A stretch of 64,000 bases of DNA from Candidatus Woesearchaeota archaeon (GTDB taxonomy: Archaea > Nanobdellota > Nanobdellia > Woesearchaeales > UBA119): contig DAOSEK010000001.1 of the NCBI GenBank assembly GCA_035363095.1, positions 17,233 through 81,232 of the forward strand, written 5' to 3'. Position numbers and translations under genes: made by a program. Positions 19,782-30,097 of this stretch are shown piece by piece. A model generated the notes under the pieces. That model did no database searches. It was not told where the DNA came from and was given only the letters and a program-made list of their open reading frames with translations. Every line of letters begins with the position of its first letter. Position 1 is the stretch's first letter.

Positions 19782-22079
19782 TTAGGATAAGATTTTTTTC
19801 TTCCATTTGCTTTTTTTAACTTCTTCGATTAGCCAATCAGACCATCTTTGAAATATTTTGTCGCTATCAAGTTTTCCGTGTTTTGAGAGCACGTAATCAG
19901 AGGATCTGTGAAATTCATCGTTTGCAAGGATTACAAAGTCGGCTTCTAAGAGATCGGGGTTATTTAATTTGTCTGAGATTTTTACAATTTCTTCTTTGAT
20001 TTTGGCTCTAAGTATTATGTTGCTCCATAGAGCGTCCCAGTTTCCAGCCCATTCTTTTACATTGGATGCGATGGATTTGAGTATTTCAGAGTCTCCATGG
20101 ATTAGGTCATCTGAAGGCACTAATTCATCTCTTTTTGAGTCATATTTCATTATGTCTACAAATCCGTTTTCTGCTAAAGGGTCTTGCTCCCAGTTTTTTC
20201 TTACTTCAGTTATTTGGGTAATTCTTCTCCATTTGTGAAGCCCATCAGCAGATTTTATTGGGTTTGCGACAATAATTATATCTGTTGCCTTAAATGAGGT
20301 TTTTGGAACTTGAAGGTCGTTTACAACTCTATCAAAAACTCCGTAAGGACTATCTCCGTGAATTGTTCCTGCTACTACGTTTGCAAGTGCTCCTACTCTC
20401 ATTGCTTCATAAAGTGCTTTTGCTTCTGTGCTTCTTACTTCGCCTACTATAAGGCAGGAGTCTCCAAGACGAAGCGTTGTTCTTATTCCTTCGTCTGCTG
20501 GAACTTCAGAAGAGTTTTTTGTTAGAGCCGCTGCAACTTTCATTGATTGTATGTTATAGTTTAAATCCCTTAGGGAATCTGTGGGAAGCTCTAGTGTATC
20601 TTCTATTGTGATTATTCTTAGTGTGCGCATTATTTCAGTCATCATGGAGCCTAAAAATGAGGATTTTCCAGCACTCCTTGTTCCAGCTACAAGTATTGTT
20701 CTTGCACCATCAATTAGGAAGCTAATTATGCCTGCAGCTAAAGGGTTTATCATCCTTGCTTTGATGAATAATGGAAGTGTCCATGGTTTGTCCCTATGCC
20801 TTCTAAATGCGTATGCTAAGCCTGTTGGATTTAGAGGTGCAGAAATCACGGCTACTCTTGCTCTTGAGGATTCTAATGCGATATCAGTATCTAAAATGGG
20901 GTTTGCTTCATCAAGGGGTCTTCCTGAAATCATTCTTAGTTTTGAAGCCCAAGATTCTGTTTCGTTTATTGTGGGTATTATGTTAGTAGTGCATTCATGG
21001 TATTGCTCATGAATTAGAAATATTGGTGTTCGTCCTTGCGGACTATTTACTACTAGATCTTGGATTTTAATATCTCCCATTACTACTTCTATTAGTCCGA
21101 AACCTACTGTGTATCTTACTAGAATTTTTGCGATTTCGTTAATTTCTTCTTCTGTGAAGTTTAGATGTTTGTATTCTGATAGTTCTTCTATTAGACCTCT
21201 TCCTATCTGAAAGAATATTTCTCTCATTCTTTTTGGATCAACAAATTCAGATTTTTTAGGTTTGTGTTCAGAGATTATGTTTCTTGCGGTTTCAAGGATT
21301 GAGTATTTTTCTTCTGAAAGCCTGAATTCAGGCGGGATTATATGATACATTTTTTGGATTGAACTAGGTTCTTCAAAGACTGTTACTTCGGTGCCATCTG
21401 GGAGTTCATAAGAATCAATTGCTAAGGCATCTTTTGGATATGATGCCATTAGCTTTGTGTACATAAAATCAGGCTTGACACTTGGGTTTAGGATATTTCT
21501 ATAGATTGTTCTATCTCCAATTTCAATTCCTGCAAGATATGGGTTTGCTGAGATTATTAGTCTTGTTTTTTTTAGTTCGCCAATTACTAAGTCAAATTTT
21601 TGGATTAATTCTTGAAGGTATATTTTTTTGTTTTCGTCTTCAGAGTTTTTTTGAAGGATTTTTAGTTCTCTTGATTGACGAAGGAGTCTTACATAAGCAC
21701 CTATTGGGTCTTCTAAGAGATATTCTTGGATTATCTTTTTGAATTCTACAAAATTATCACTTATTTCTCTATAGGGGTTAGATAAATCATTTGAGATTGA
21801 AATAAATGATGTTAGTTTTTTATTTTTTTGAAATTTGATATAGAGTTTTACTAGTTCAACAAGCATTATTGTTTGATGGAAATCGTATTCGTAGTCCCTG
21901 TGCTTGTTCATTATTATTTTTGTAGAAAGTTCTGTTTCCCCTAAGGCTCTTAGTACATTTTTCATGCAGGATTTGTTGTCTTCAATTGAGGGAGAATAAG
22001 GACAATTTCGGCAATCAAATTTAAGGACTGTTTCTTCTCCTTCTCTTATTGATTCAAAGGGGCATATGTTTTCTTCCAT
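19782..22079 (-). CDS. FlaI/VirB11/TadA-family secretion ATPase (archaeal type IV pilus or archaellum assembly ATPase) with a long N-terminal extension
   Basis: Walker A (LVAGTRSAGKSSFLGSMM) and the Walker B/Asp box (CLIVGEVRSTEA) are present, followed by a His box region (GTIHGDSP). The N-terminal ~60 aa carry four Cys residues (CPFESIREGEETVLKFDCRNCPYSPSIEDNKSC). Confidence 0.75.
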   Translation of the reverse strand: MEENICPFESIREGEETVLKFDCRNCPYSPSIEDNKSCMKNVLRALGETELSTKIIMNKHRDYEYDFHQTIMLVELVKLYIKFQKNKKLTSFISISNDLSNPYREISDNFVEFKKIIQEYLLEDPIGAYVRLLRQSRELKILQKNSEDENKKIYLQELIQKFDLVIGELKKTRLIISANPYLAGIEIGDRTIYRNILNPSVKPDFMYTKLMASYPKDALAIDSYELPDGTEVTVFEEPSSIQKMYHIIPPEFRLSEEKYSILETARNIISEHKPKKSEFVDPKRMREIFFQIGRGLIEELSEYKHLNFTEEEINEIAKILVRYTVGFGLIEVVMGDIKIQDLVVNSPQGRTPIFLIHEQYHECTTNIIPTINETESWASKLRMISGRPLDEANPILDTDIALESSRARVAVISAPLNPTGLAYAFRRHRDKPWTLPLFIKARMINPLAAGIISFLIDGARTILVAGTRSAGKSSFLGSMMTEIMRTLRIITIEDTLELPTDSLRDLNYNIQSMKVAAALTKNSSEVPADEGIRTTLRLGDSCLIVGEVRSTEAKALYEAMRVGALANVVAGTIHGDSPYGVFDRVVNDLQVPKTSFKATDIIIVANPIKSADGLHKWRRITQITEVRKNWEQDPLAENGFVDIMKYDSKRDELVPSDDLIHGDSEILKSIASNVKEWAGNWDALWSNIILRAKIKEEIVKISDKLNNPDLLEADFVILANDEFHRSSDYVLSKHGKLDSDKIFQRWSDWLIEEVKKSKWKKKILS

Positions 22080-22308
22080 TTTTTTTCAAATCATTTGTAC
22101 TTTTTTGTAGATAGCTTTTTTAGTAGTTTTGTTATTGTGAAAAATTTGATAGTTATTTTGTATAATCTATTTTAATTTAAGACCACTTGTGTTTTTAATT
22201 AATTGATTTGTTTTTAAATTTTGTTTTTTTTAAAGAGAATATTAGGGATATTATGACTATTTTGCAATGGTTACAAAATATTATTATATGAAAGGTATAA
22301 TTTTTTGA

Positions 22309-22776
22309 ATGATGGAACAAGGAAGACAGTATAATCAGGTTTCAGGTCAGCCTGCTCAACAGGGTCAAGATAGGGATTTGTTTAAGAGTCCAGATTCAAA
22401 GGTTGCAATTTCACAGTTTTCTAAATATTCTGAAAGGCTTGATGATATTGAGAATAAAACAAGACTTATTGAGGATAGACTTAGTGTTTCATCAAAGAAG
22501 GTTGAGCTTTTAGAGCAGAACCTTATTAAGCTTGCTAAGGAAACTAATTCAAATTTAAATGAGATAAATATTAAGATTAAGGAGATTGATAATTCAATTA
22601 AGGAGCTTAATCAAAGATTTTTGCAACTTGCCGGAGAGGCTATTGGTTTTGCTAAAAAAGAGGATGTTGAAGCGATTAAGAAGTATTTAGAATTTTGGAA
22701 TCCTGTTGAGTTTGTTACAAGGGAAAGTGTTGATAAGATTTTGAATTCAAGGTTAAAGGGAAAGGATATGCGGTGA
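22309..22776 (+). CDS. Hypothetical coiled-coil protein
   Basis: The 155 aa protein has a Q-rich N-terminus followed by heptad-like coiled coil. It is divergent from the flaI-like gene. Confidence 0.45.
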   Translation: MMEQGRQYNQVSGQPAQQGQDRDLFKSPDSKVAISQFSKYSERLDDIENKTRLIEDRLSVSSKKVELLEQNLIKLAKETNSNLNEINIKIKEIDNSIKELNQRFLQLAGEAIGFAKKEDVEAIKKYLEFWNPVEFVTRESVDKILNSRLKGKDMR

Positions 22777-22829
22777 AAAAGGTTAAGTTTATATATTTAT
22801 TTTGTTTGAAAAGGATGGTGGTCTTTTAA

Positions 22830-23489
22830 ATGGAGAATACAGTGCCAGTTGATTTTGTGCTTAAGTTAAGGAATTTGGGATATTCAAATCAGCAGATAAT
22901 AGAGGCTTTGCAAGCTCAAGGGTTTAAATCACACCAAATTTATGATGCTTTAAGCCAAGCGGATATGAATGATTCTAGGGTAAGAGAGGTGCCTTTTGAG
23001 AATGGTAATTTAGATGAAAGCCCAAAACAAGCATCTATTGAGTACCCACAACAACAAGAGACTGGGTATGCTAATTATCCCCAAGGACAAGCAGGGCTTG
23101 ATACGGATATGGTAGATAAAATTCAGCAGATCTCTGAACAGATTATTGAGGAGAGATGGACTGATATTGTTAATAATATGAGAAAGGTTGCGGAGTGGAA
23201 GGAACGAACTGAGGATAGAATTAAGAATGTTGAGTTGAAACTTGGAGTTTTAACAGAGCAGGTGAAATCTATTGAGGAATCGGTTCTTGATAGGATGAAA
23301 CAATATGATACACATGTTGTGCAGTTTTCAAGTGATTTTAAGGCGATGGAGATGGTTTTTAAGGATGTTATACCAAAATTCACTCAAGGGATTCAAGAAC
23401 TATCAAGGCTTGTTGATGATTTTAAAGAGAAAGTTAGCCCTAATTCCGTAAAGGGCAAAGCTGATGGAAATTCTATTGTAAGAAAGTAA
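22830..23489 (+). CDS. Hypothetical protein with a UBA-like N-terminal helix bundle and a coiled-coil C-terminal half
   Basis: The N-terminus DFVLKLRNLGYSNQQIIEALQAQGF resembles a UBA/CUE-type fold. The remainder is charged coiled coil. Confidence 0.45.
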   Translation: MENTVPVDFVLKLRNLGYSNQQIIEALQAQGFKSHQIYDALSQADMNDSRVREVPFENGNLDESPKQASIEYPQQQETGYANYPQGQAGLDTDMVDKIQQISEQIIEERWTDIVNNMRKVAEWKERTEDRIKNVELKLGVLTEQVKSIEESVLDRMKQYDTHVVQFSSDFKAMEMVFKDVIPKFTQGIQELSRLVDDFKEKVSPNSVKGKADGNSIVRK

Positions 23490-23521
23490 AAAAATATTAA
23501 AAATACTTTTACAATGTTCTA

Positions 23522-24487
23522 CTATTTGTTTTGTTTGTGTTCGTATATTTGACTAAGAACATAAGCGGTGCTAGGCAACATTGCAAAATTGTTTATCAAT
23601 CTAGGAATAGAATTAAAATCGGCGGAAAGTATGACAGGATGTTCTTTTATACTTTCTAAATTGCCATAACATCTTTGAGCGATTTCTTTGAGACTAAGTG
23701 GTGTTATAATCTCAACTGATAAAAATGGAATTGTATCTCTATCATCAGTAAAATAAGATGACCCTATGTTAATTTCATTGGCGTTCAATTTATATTCTTC
23801 AACCATTTCAGTGAGTATTATATTTTTAAAATAATCAGTGATATTAAAGTCTTCTTTGTTATGATCTTTTGGGAATTCAGGGGTTCCTCCTGAAAAAGCA
23901 ATGCAATCTGCAGAAATACCTAATCCTTTTGCTCTTTTTACTAAACTTATCTTTTCTCCATTCTCTGGAAGCAACACAAATGCAAATGCAAAATATCTAG
24001 CTAAATCATCCAAACACAGATTATAAATAGGTAGTAGCTCTTTTATTGTTTTTCCAATAGGATACTCATCGGGCAATAATTCAGCAGGGATTGCCTTGGG
24101 TGTTGTTGCCTTGAAATCAAAGTATCCTCCTTTTTTTGTTGTCAACGGTAAACTTACACCGCCAGCGACCACCATTATTGAACCATTAAACATTCCTTTT
24201 TTTGATAAGGTTTCTTCTAATGCTTCTCGGTAAGGTTTTAAAGGATTGGGAACTTCATATTCGTTATCAAATACTTCTATTAAAAGCTCTTCAATATTCT
24301 TGAACACAGCAATTTTTTTCAGTGTCTCTTCGAGTTTAGAAATATTTAATCCATTAATTGCCCCATCTATAGAAGAACACATCTGCGATAGATCATTTGA
24401 GGAAATCTCAGGATCCAATGAACATAAATGAAGGGGAGAACTTCCATCACCTAAATCATAATTGAACTCAATAGTAGTATTTTTCAT
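23522..24487 (-). CDS. Hypothetical protein (321 aa)
   Basis: The ORF has sustained coding potential. No motif could be assigned confidently. Confidence 0.4.
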   Translation of the reverse strand: MKNTTIEFNYDLGDGSSPLHLCSLDPEISSNDLSQMCSSIDGAINGLNISKLEETLKKIAVFKNIEELLIEVFDNEYEVPNPLKPYREALEETLSKKGMFNGSIMVVAGGVSLPLTTKKGGYFDFKATTPKAIPAELLPDEYPIGKTIKELLPIYNLCLDDLARYFAFAFVLLPENGEKISLVKRAKGLGISADCIAFSGGTPEFPKDHNKEDFNITDYFKNIILTEMVEEYKLNANEINIGSSYFTDDRDTIPFLSVEIITPLSLKEIAQRCYGNLESIKEHPVILSADFNSIPRLINNFAMLPSTAYVLSQIYEHKQNK

Positions 24488-24623
24488 GTTTCGAGATAAT
24501 ATCTGCTTGTTTAATAATTTATAGCTACTTTAGGGTAGAAAATGTTAAAAAGGATTTTTCATTTTAGTATTATGTTTTTGATACATGATGTTTAATAGGT
24601 TTCTCATACTAAAATTAATATTT

Positions 24624-24753
24624 GATTTCGTGAAATCCAGCATCATTTCGCATACTTTGGTCTGGAGGCCAAAAGTTTGAATAGACGGATTCACATAACG
24701 TTTAACCTCGACTATTCTAAAGATACCTCGCCATTTATGCAAAGGTTTTTCAT
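24624..24753 (-). repeat. Solo full-length copy of repeat module A (reverse orientation)
   Basis: The copy reads gatttcgtgaaatccagcatcatttcgcatactttggtctggaggccaaaagtttgaatagacggattcacataacgtttaacctcgactattctaaagatacctcgccatttatgcaaaggtttttcat. It is the reverse complement of the module A consensus. Confidence 0.85.
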
Positions 24754-24933
24754 TTATTGGTGTTTTGAATATTTAAATATTTCACCATGCTTAATGCAAT
24801 AACAAAAAGATTTATAAATTCACCATTAATTCCAAGTGATAACGTGTGTTATTGAGATTAGAATGTTTATTTAAACATGATATGTTTTAATTAGAATAGA
24901 TGATTTAGAGATTATAAAATTAAGGTTTTGAAA

Positions 24934-25626
24934 ATGGCAAAAGTCAGCAATAAGACGATTAGTAAGGTTGTTAAGAAAAAATGGTTTAAGATTTATGCTC
25001 CTCAGATGCTTGGAAATGCTTTTGTTGGAGAAAGTTTTGTGGATAGTCAAGAAAAGCTTTTGGGAAAGACTATAACGGCAAATCTTGGAACACTTACTAA
25101 TAAGTCTAAGAATTCTTATGTTAATGTTAAACTGCTTTGTGATAAGTTGATTGGAAAAGATGGAGCAGGAACAAATATAATTGATTATAATATGTCTTCC
25201 TCAGCAATTAAGAGAATGGTAAGACTTAGAAGAGATAGACTTGATGCTTCTTTTGTTTGTGAAACTAAAGATAATAAATTTGTAAGGGTTAAATATATGA
25301 TTATTACTGTTAGTAATGCTTCAACTACTAAAAAGACACTTCTAAGAAATGCAGCAAGGGCTCTTATTGCTAAATATGTTATGAGTATGCCTTATGAGGA
25401 TTTTGCTAATAGCGTTATAGGTTTTGGAATGCAAGGAGATATGAGAAAAGCATTATCAAAGATTTATCCTGTTAAAAGTGTGGATATTAGACAGTTTACT
25501 TTGGTTGAGAAAAAGACTTTTACTTTTATAGAGAAAGGAGAAGGCTTTGATATTTCTAAGTTACAAAGCCAAAAGAAGCCAGTTAAGGAAAAGGAAGAAG
25601 AGGATACAACAGGACAGGAGAGCTAA
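24934..25626 (+). CDS. rps3ae: 30S ribosomal protein S3Ae (eS1)
   Basis: The N-terminus MAKVSNKTISKVVKKKWFKIYAPQMLGNAFVGES matches eS1 (KKKWYxIxAPxxFG). The track start at 24928 is a TTG. The first ATG is at 24934. Confidence 0.8.
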   Translation: MAKVSNKTISKVVKKKWFKIYAPQMLGNAFVGESFVDSQEKLLGKTITANLGTLTNKSKNSYVNVKLLCDKLIGKDGAGTNIIDYNMSSSAIKRMVRLRRDRLDASFVCETKDNKFVRVKYMIITVSNASTTKKTLLRNAARALIAKYVMSMPYEDFANSVIGFGMQGDMRKALSKIYPVKSVDIRQFTLVEKKTFTFIEKGEGFDISKLQSQKKPVKEKEEEDTTGQES

Positions 25627-26826
25627 ATGTCTTGCAAAAAGTTTTTTACAGATATTAAATTTTTTGATGACCACTCAGTTTTGATGGATAATTTTTCTTT
25701 TCCAGTTTCTAAAGAAGATTTGTTGGATGCCGGCGCAATAGATGTGGGTTTTGATTTTTTGGAGTTTGAGGATGACACTGCTCTGAATAGTATTCTAAAT
25801 GTAATTGAGAAAGGGTTATCAAATCTTAAAAGCAATTTTACGAATAAATCCGCAACATATCTTCATAAGGGACTTAGTATACCATTAATTGGACATGTTG
25901 GGTTTGGAATTATTGATAGAGGGACTAATGCAATTGAGCTTAAACCTGTTAGTGGATGCAATTTGAAGTGTTTGTTTTGCTCAGTTGACCAAGACCTAAG
26001 AAGCAGGGATTTTGTTATTGAAGAGGAGTTTTTGATAAGCGAGCTTGAGAAGTTATTAAATCTTAAGAAAAATAAATGTTATGTGTTTATTAATGCGCAT
26101 GGCGAACCTTTGTTTTATTCACCACTAAATAGACTATTTAGAGATTTGAAATCCAATAATAAGGTTAAAGGAATTATACTTATTACTAATGGAAGCGTTT
26201 TGTCTAAGAGAAAGATTGATGAGTTTTTTGAATGTGGTCTTAACCAAATAAATATTTCTATACATTCTCTTGACCAAAAGAAGGCTAGGGTGCTGTCAGG
26301 GGTTAGTGGATATGACTTGAATAAGATTTTAGATAATATTATTTATGCACAAAAAAAAGGGATAAGAATAGTTGTTGCTCCGGTTGTTTTGTTTAATTCA
26401 AAAAGACTTGAGAAAATGAAAATCCCTTTTAATGAATCAGATATGTTTGAAATAGCCAAGTTTTGTAAGAAGCATAATTTTTTGTTTTCTGCTCAAAATT
26501 ATTTAAGTTATAAGCTTGGAAAAAGAATTTCTAAGGAAAAAGATTTTGATGAGTTTTATGTTTTTTTGGATGAGATTAAAGAAAGGTTTGGTAAAGATAT
26601 TTTTGATTTGGGAATGGAAATAATAAAGGATAATGTACTAAAAAACCCATTTAGAAAGGGCGAGATTGTGAGATTAAAAAAGGGTTTTACGGGGTTTTTT
26701 AATGATGAATCCATTTGTGTTTTAAGAGACCGGCTTGTGAGTGTTGTAGGTTCAAATAATAGAAACGAATTTAATGTAAAAATAATTAGAACTAAGGATA
26801 ATATTATTAAGGCTATCACTTTGTAA
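25627..26826 (+). CDS. Radical SAM domain protein with a C-terminal TRAM-like domain
   Basis: A CX3CX2C motif is present (GCNLKCLFCSVD). The C-terminus (KGEIVRLKKGFTGFF...SVVG) has the character of a TRAM-like beta-barrel. The start codon abuts the S3Ae stop (TAAATG). Confidence 0.65.
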   Translation: MSCKKFFTDIKFFDDHSVLMDNFSFPVSKEDLLDAGAIDVGFDFLEFEDDTALNSILNVIEKGLSNLKSNFTNKSATYLHKGLSIPLIGHVGFGIIDRGTNAIELKPVSGCNLKCLFCSVDQDLRSRDFVIEEEFLISELEKLLNLKKNKCYVFINAHGEPLFYSPLNRLFRDLKSNNKVKGIILITNGSVLSKRKIDEFFECGLNQINISIHSLDQKKARVLSGVSGYDLNKILDNIIYAQKKGIRIVVAPVVLFNSKRLEKMKIPFNESDMFEIAKFCKKHNFLFSAQNYLSYKLGKRISKEKDFDEFYVFLDEIKERFGKDIFDLGMEIIKDNVLKNPFRKGEIVRLKKGFTGFFNDESICVLRDRLVSVVGSNNRNEFNVKIIRTKDNIIKAITL

Positions 26827-26908
26827 GAGTTTCTAAGGGTATTTTTAGAGTTGATAAAATTTTTTGAGAATTATTAGAAAAAGAAAAAAAAAGAAAAAAA
26901 GGTTATTT

Positions 26909-29080
26909 TTAACCTGTTATTTCTACGTCGCTTAGTTTTGTGCCTTTGACTTTCACTTCTGTCTTGCCTTCAAATTTCGTTGCATAGGTTGCATATGAAC
27001 CTAGAACTTTGGTAGCCAAAAGTGTGTCTTGTCCTTCAGCGCCTGCGACAAGCAATTGGTACTTATCACCGTTTGTGAAGAGTCTAATCATAGCTTCACC
27101 AGGGGTAAATCCATCACCACAGTTGTCTCCACCAACACCTAGTAAGGCAGCAGCTGCACTATTTGCGCAAGGTCCACCAACTACGATATAGTGGTCATTT
27201 TTCACTGCATCAGCTGAAGAGAGGTCACTATCGAGTATTGCTAATCCTACTGGAAGTGGGCTTGCGCCTACTCTCTTGACAGTTCCTGAAACTGCTTGCT
27301 CTCCAACACCAACGGTTAGCTCGTTGCCTGATGAGCTAACGGATTTGCCCGCATAGACTTGGTATCTTACTGCGTCTTCTACAATCTCAAATCCTGCTGA
27401 CTTTCCAGAGTTTGAGTAAGAAGTTACCTTTGTTCCATAGTCTGTCTTTGAACCTACCCTTACTGCAATGTCATCTCCATCTAGAACGTTTACGTTGGTC
27501 CAACCTGCAGTTTCATCGATTCCTGCTATTATCAGTTCGGTGTATCCTGCAAGCTCTGGCTCAGTAATTACTAGATCGCTTCCATCGAATTCTACTGTGT
27601 ATACCTTATCAGAGTCATCATCTATCCAGAAGTCTGCAGCCTCGCCTGCATCATTCGTGTTGAGATTAAATGTAGGTAAGTCATCATCTTTCACATTTGT
27701 AATCTTGATTAAGTCCCATGTGTCTATGTCAAAGGTAAATGTTCTTCCTGCATACTCTTCTCCAACATCCATGTAAACGTTACTTCCTGTCCTTATTTCA
27801 AGATTTCCATCACTATTAATTTTTACATCAAAGGTGCCTGTGACTGGACTTGAAAGTTCAGTAAATCCAAGTTCTAAGTAATCAAGCATACCAAGAGATT
27901 GACCTTTGTACAAATACTGGTTGTCATCAAAGATACATTCCCAATCATCCTCATTTTCACCAGGTGCATTTACACTGATTTCTATTAGCAATTCAGGTGA
28001 TGTATAGGTTCCACCAAGCTCTAGTGTATCAAGGCTCCAAATCTCATCAGCATCTAGATAGTCTCCAACTGATTTTTCACCACTTGTGAAACTAATCTTA
28101 CCAAAGTATTCACTTGTGGATGCATCGTAGCTAACTTCATCTACAACTACATCAATTGACATATCATCATCGTCATCATATAATACATCTCCATTGGTTC
28201 CTTCATCAATTGTAGCTTGGTCTACTTCAACACCATCGTTTAGCAAGGCAACTGTAATTCTTCCTGTATCGCTTCCAACATTCTCAGAGATTCTTACAAC
28301 CTTTAATGTGTATCCTGGATAACCAAAGGCATCTAGCTGTATCTCATCTCCCCTGATAACATATGCATCGGAGTTGGTCCTCTTAAGCATCAAATCTTCG
28401 CCGGTTAATGAAGTATACTTATCCGATTTTGAAGCTGCACTCACATCTACACCTGTTGCTACTACTTGATACTTTACTCCAAACAAATCGATGTTGTATT
28501 TGAATTCTTCACTATCACCAGATCTTCTCAAGATTCTATCCACTGCACTTTTTAATTCTGAAGTTTTATCTTCATAACTATAGTCAAAAGTGTCTACGCT
28601 AATAGCTTCTTGTGGTTCACAATCGGAATCTCCATCTCCAGCAGTTATTTCTATTACTAAATCTTCAGTAATTTTATCATTTCCAAATCCCTTCATAAAT
28701 GACCACTCGGAATCCCGGTATCTAAACTTTAGAGATCTGTCCTCTCCTTTCATTGGCATCTCATCAACAGTTGTTACTCCATCAGCTTCTAGTTGATCAA
28801 AAGCAACTGCGTTTGCAACACTACCTATAGCAGTTTCAATTACAACTTGTCCTTGTCCAGAAGCACCTGTAAATGATGCTGCTACATTAACAGAACCAAC
28901 GATATCAATTGCTAAAGCTTTTGAGCCTACAACAATCTTGCCGTTATATCCTGTTGAGCCTGCAAATGGTGATGGATAATCTCCTAAATCTACAGCCATT
29001 GCACTGCCTATTGTTGCGCCAAGCATTAATACGCCTGCACTAAGCGCAACTATCTTCCTCATTACTTTCATTCCTTTCAT
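26909..29080 (-). CDS. Secreted surface (S-layer-like) protein
   Basis: The signal peptide is MKGMKVMRKIVALSAGVLMLGATIGSAMA. The 723 aa mature protein is acidic and Thr/Gly/Asp/Val-rich. The gene body appears GC-richer than its neighbours, suggesting codon bias of a highly expressed gene. Confidence 0.6.
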   Translation of the reverse strand: MKGMKVMRKIVALSAGVLMLGATIGSAMAVDLGDYPSPFAGSTGYNGKIVVGSKALAIDIVGSVNVAASFTGASGQGQVVIETAIGSVANAVAFDQLEADGVTTVDEMPMKGEDRSLKFRYRDSEWSFMKGFGNDKITEDLVIEITAGDGDSDCEPQEAISVDTFDYSYEDKTSELKSAVDRILRRSGDSEEFKYNIDLFGVKYQVVATGVDVSAASKSDKYTSLTGEDLMLKRTNSDAYVIRGDEIQLDAFGYPGYTLKVVRISENVGSDTGRITVALLNDGVEVDQATIDEGTNGDVLYDDDDDMSIDVVVDEVSYDASTSEYFGKISFTSGEKSVGDYLDADEIWSLDTLELGGTYTSPELLIEISVNAPGENEDDWECIFDDNQYLYKGQSLGMLDYLELGFTELSSPVTGTFDVKINSDGNLEIRTGSNVYMDVGEEYAGRTFTFDIDTWDLIKITNVKDDDLPTFNLNTNDAGEAADFWIDDDSDKVYTVEFDGSDLVITEPELAGYTELIIAGIDETAGWTNVNVLDGDDIAVRVGSKTDYGTKVTSYSNSGKSAGFEIVEDAVRYQVYAGKSVSSSGNELTVGVGEQAVSGTVKRVGASPLPVGLAILDSDLSSADAVKNDHYIVVGGPCANSAAAALLGVGGDNCGDGFTPGEAMIRLFTNGDKYQLLVAGAEGQDTLLATKVLGSYATYATKFEGKTEVKVKGTKLSDVEITG

Positions 29081-29401
29081 TTAAAAAAACACCTCCGTGT
29101 TAAAAAACTCTCTTCTACTTTTGTGCGTTTGGTTTGCTAGAAATCCTTGTCCATCCGGTTGCCCATTGATGAACACTAGGTAATAGGATGAAAAAACTAC
29201 TATATAAATCTTTCTGATTTCTTGACGGAAAAATCTGTTTTTTTATTCACTTGACAGTGGTGTTTACGTATTTTTGAGAAGATTTGAAGAGTATATTATT
29301 GGATTTTTTTATTGGATATTTTCGAATAATTACTTTAGTAATAATATCACTTTAGTAATAATATCCAACAAATTTAAAGAATACAAGCAAAAGTTAATAT
29401 A

Positions 29402-29659
29402 ATCAACAACCTCACCCTAAAGAGCGAGGTATGTTGGTAATATAAAATCATACGCTACGTTCAAGCGAGGTTGTAGATTTCATGAAATCCAGCATCACTT
29501 CGCATACTTTGGTCTTTCAAGCCAAAGTGAGAATAGACGGATTCATCCAAGGATTAACCTCGACTATCCTAAAGATACCTCGACATTTATGCCGAGGTTT
29601 TTCATTACAAAAAAGCGTACCAAGTCCTCGTGTTTAAACACGAGGTATGCTTTTCTATT
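29402..29659. repeat. Composite structured intergenic repeat, arranged B(+)-A(-)-C(+)
   Basis: Module B reads atcaacaacctcaccctaaagagcgaggtatgttggtaatat...gcgaggttgtagat. A full module A copy follows in reverse orientation (atttcatgaaatccagc...ccgaggtttttcat). Module C follows, with a perfect central palindrome (acaaaaaagcgtaccaagtcctcgtgtttaaacacgaggtatgcttttctatt). Confidence 0.85.
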
Positions 29660-29726
29660 AATGAAAAACTAGTATGCAGTACAATTGTTCAGAAAAAGAT
29701 TGTGTATAAGCTACAATAACAAAATA

Positions 29727-29810
29727 TGTGGGGGCAAGGATTTGAACCCTGGTAGGCACTAAGCCAACAGGTCCTAAGCCTGTCCCGTTTGACCGCTCCG
29801 GCACCCCCAC
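29727..29810 (-). tRNA. tRNA-Leu (anticodon TAG), class II with long variable arm
   Basis: The reverse complement reads GTGGGGGTGCCGGAGCGGTCAAACGGGACAGGCTTAGGACCTGTTGGCTTAGTGCCTACCAGGGTTCAAATCCTTGCCCCCACA. The acceptor stem is perfect, the anticodon loop is CTTAGGA and the extra arm is ~15 nt. Confidence 0.85.
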
Positions 29811-30097
29811 TTTGAGAAAAAAGAAAAACTAATACTTTAAATATTTATCTAATTCAAATATGAGTGTTTAGATTATTATTTGTTTTTTTGGAGAGTTAGT
29901 TATCTTTGTGCTAAGGATTTTTTACTGTTGCTTTTAGAGACATACTATGGCAGATTTTTAGTTTTAATGAAGAAAAGACATAGGCAATGATATTATATGT
30001 CCGAAGATATTTAAATAGTTATTAGATATAGTTGTATTATATTAACGAAATTATTAGGAGAATTAAATTGATGAGAAAGTAATAAAGGGTGAAAAGT

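Noticed and set aside
25627-26826. The radical SAM protein as the missing [FeFe]-hydrogenase maturase HydE/HydG
   Set aside because: It lies 11 kb from the hydrogenase operon and has a TRAM-like C-terminus. Its CX3CX2C site is at residue ~110 and not near the N-terminus. It lacks the HydG C-terminal CX2CX22C region. An RNA-modification role is more plausible.
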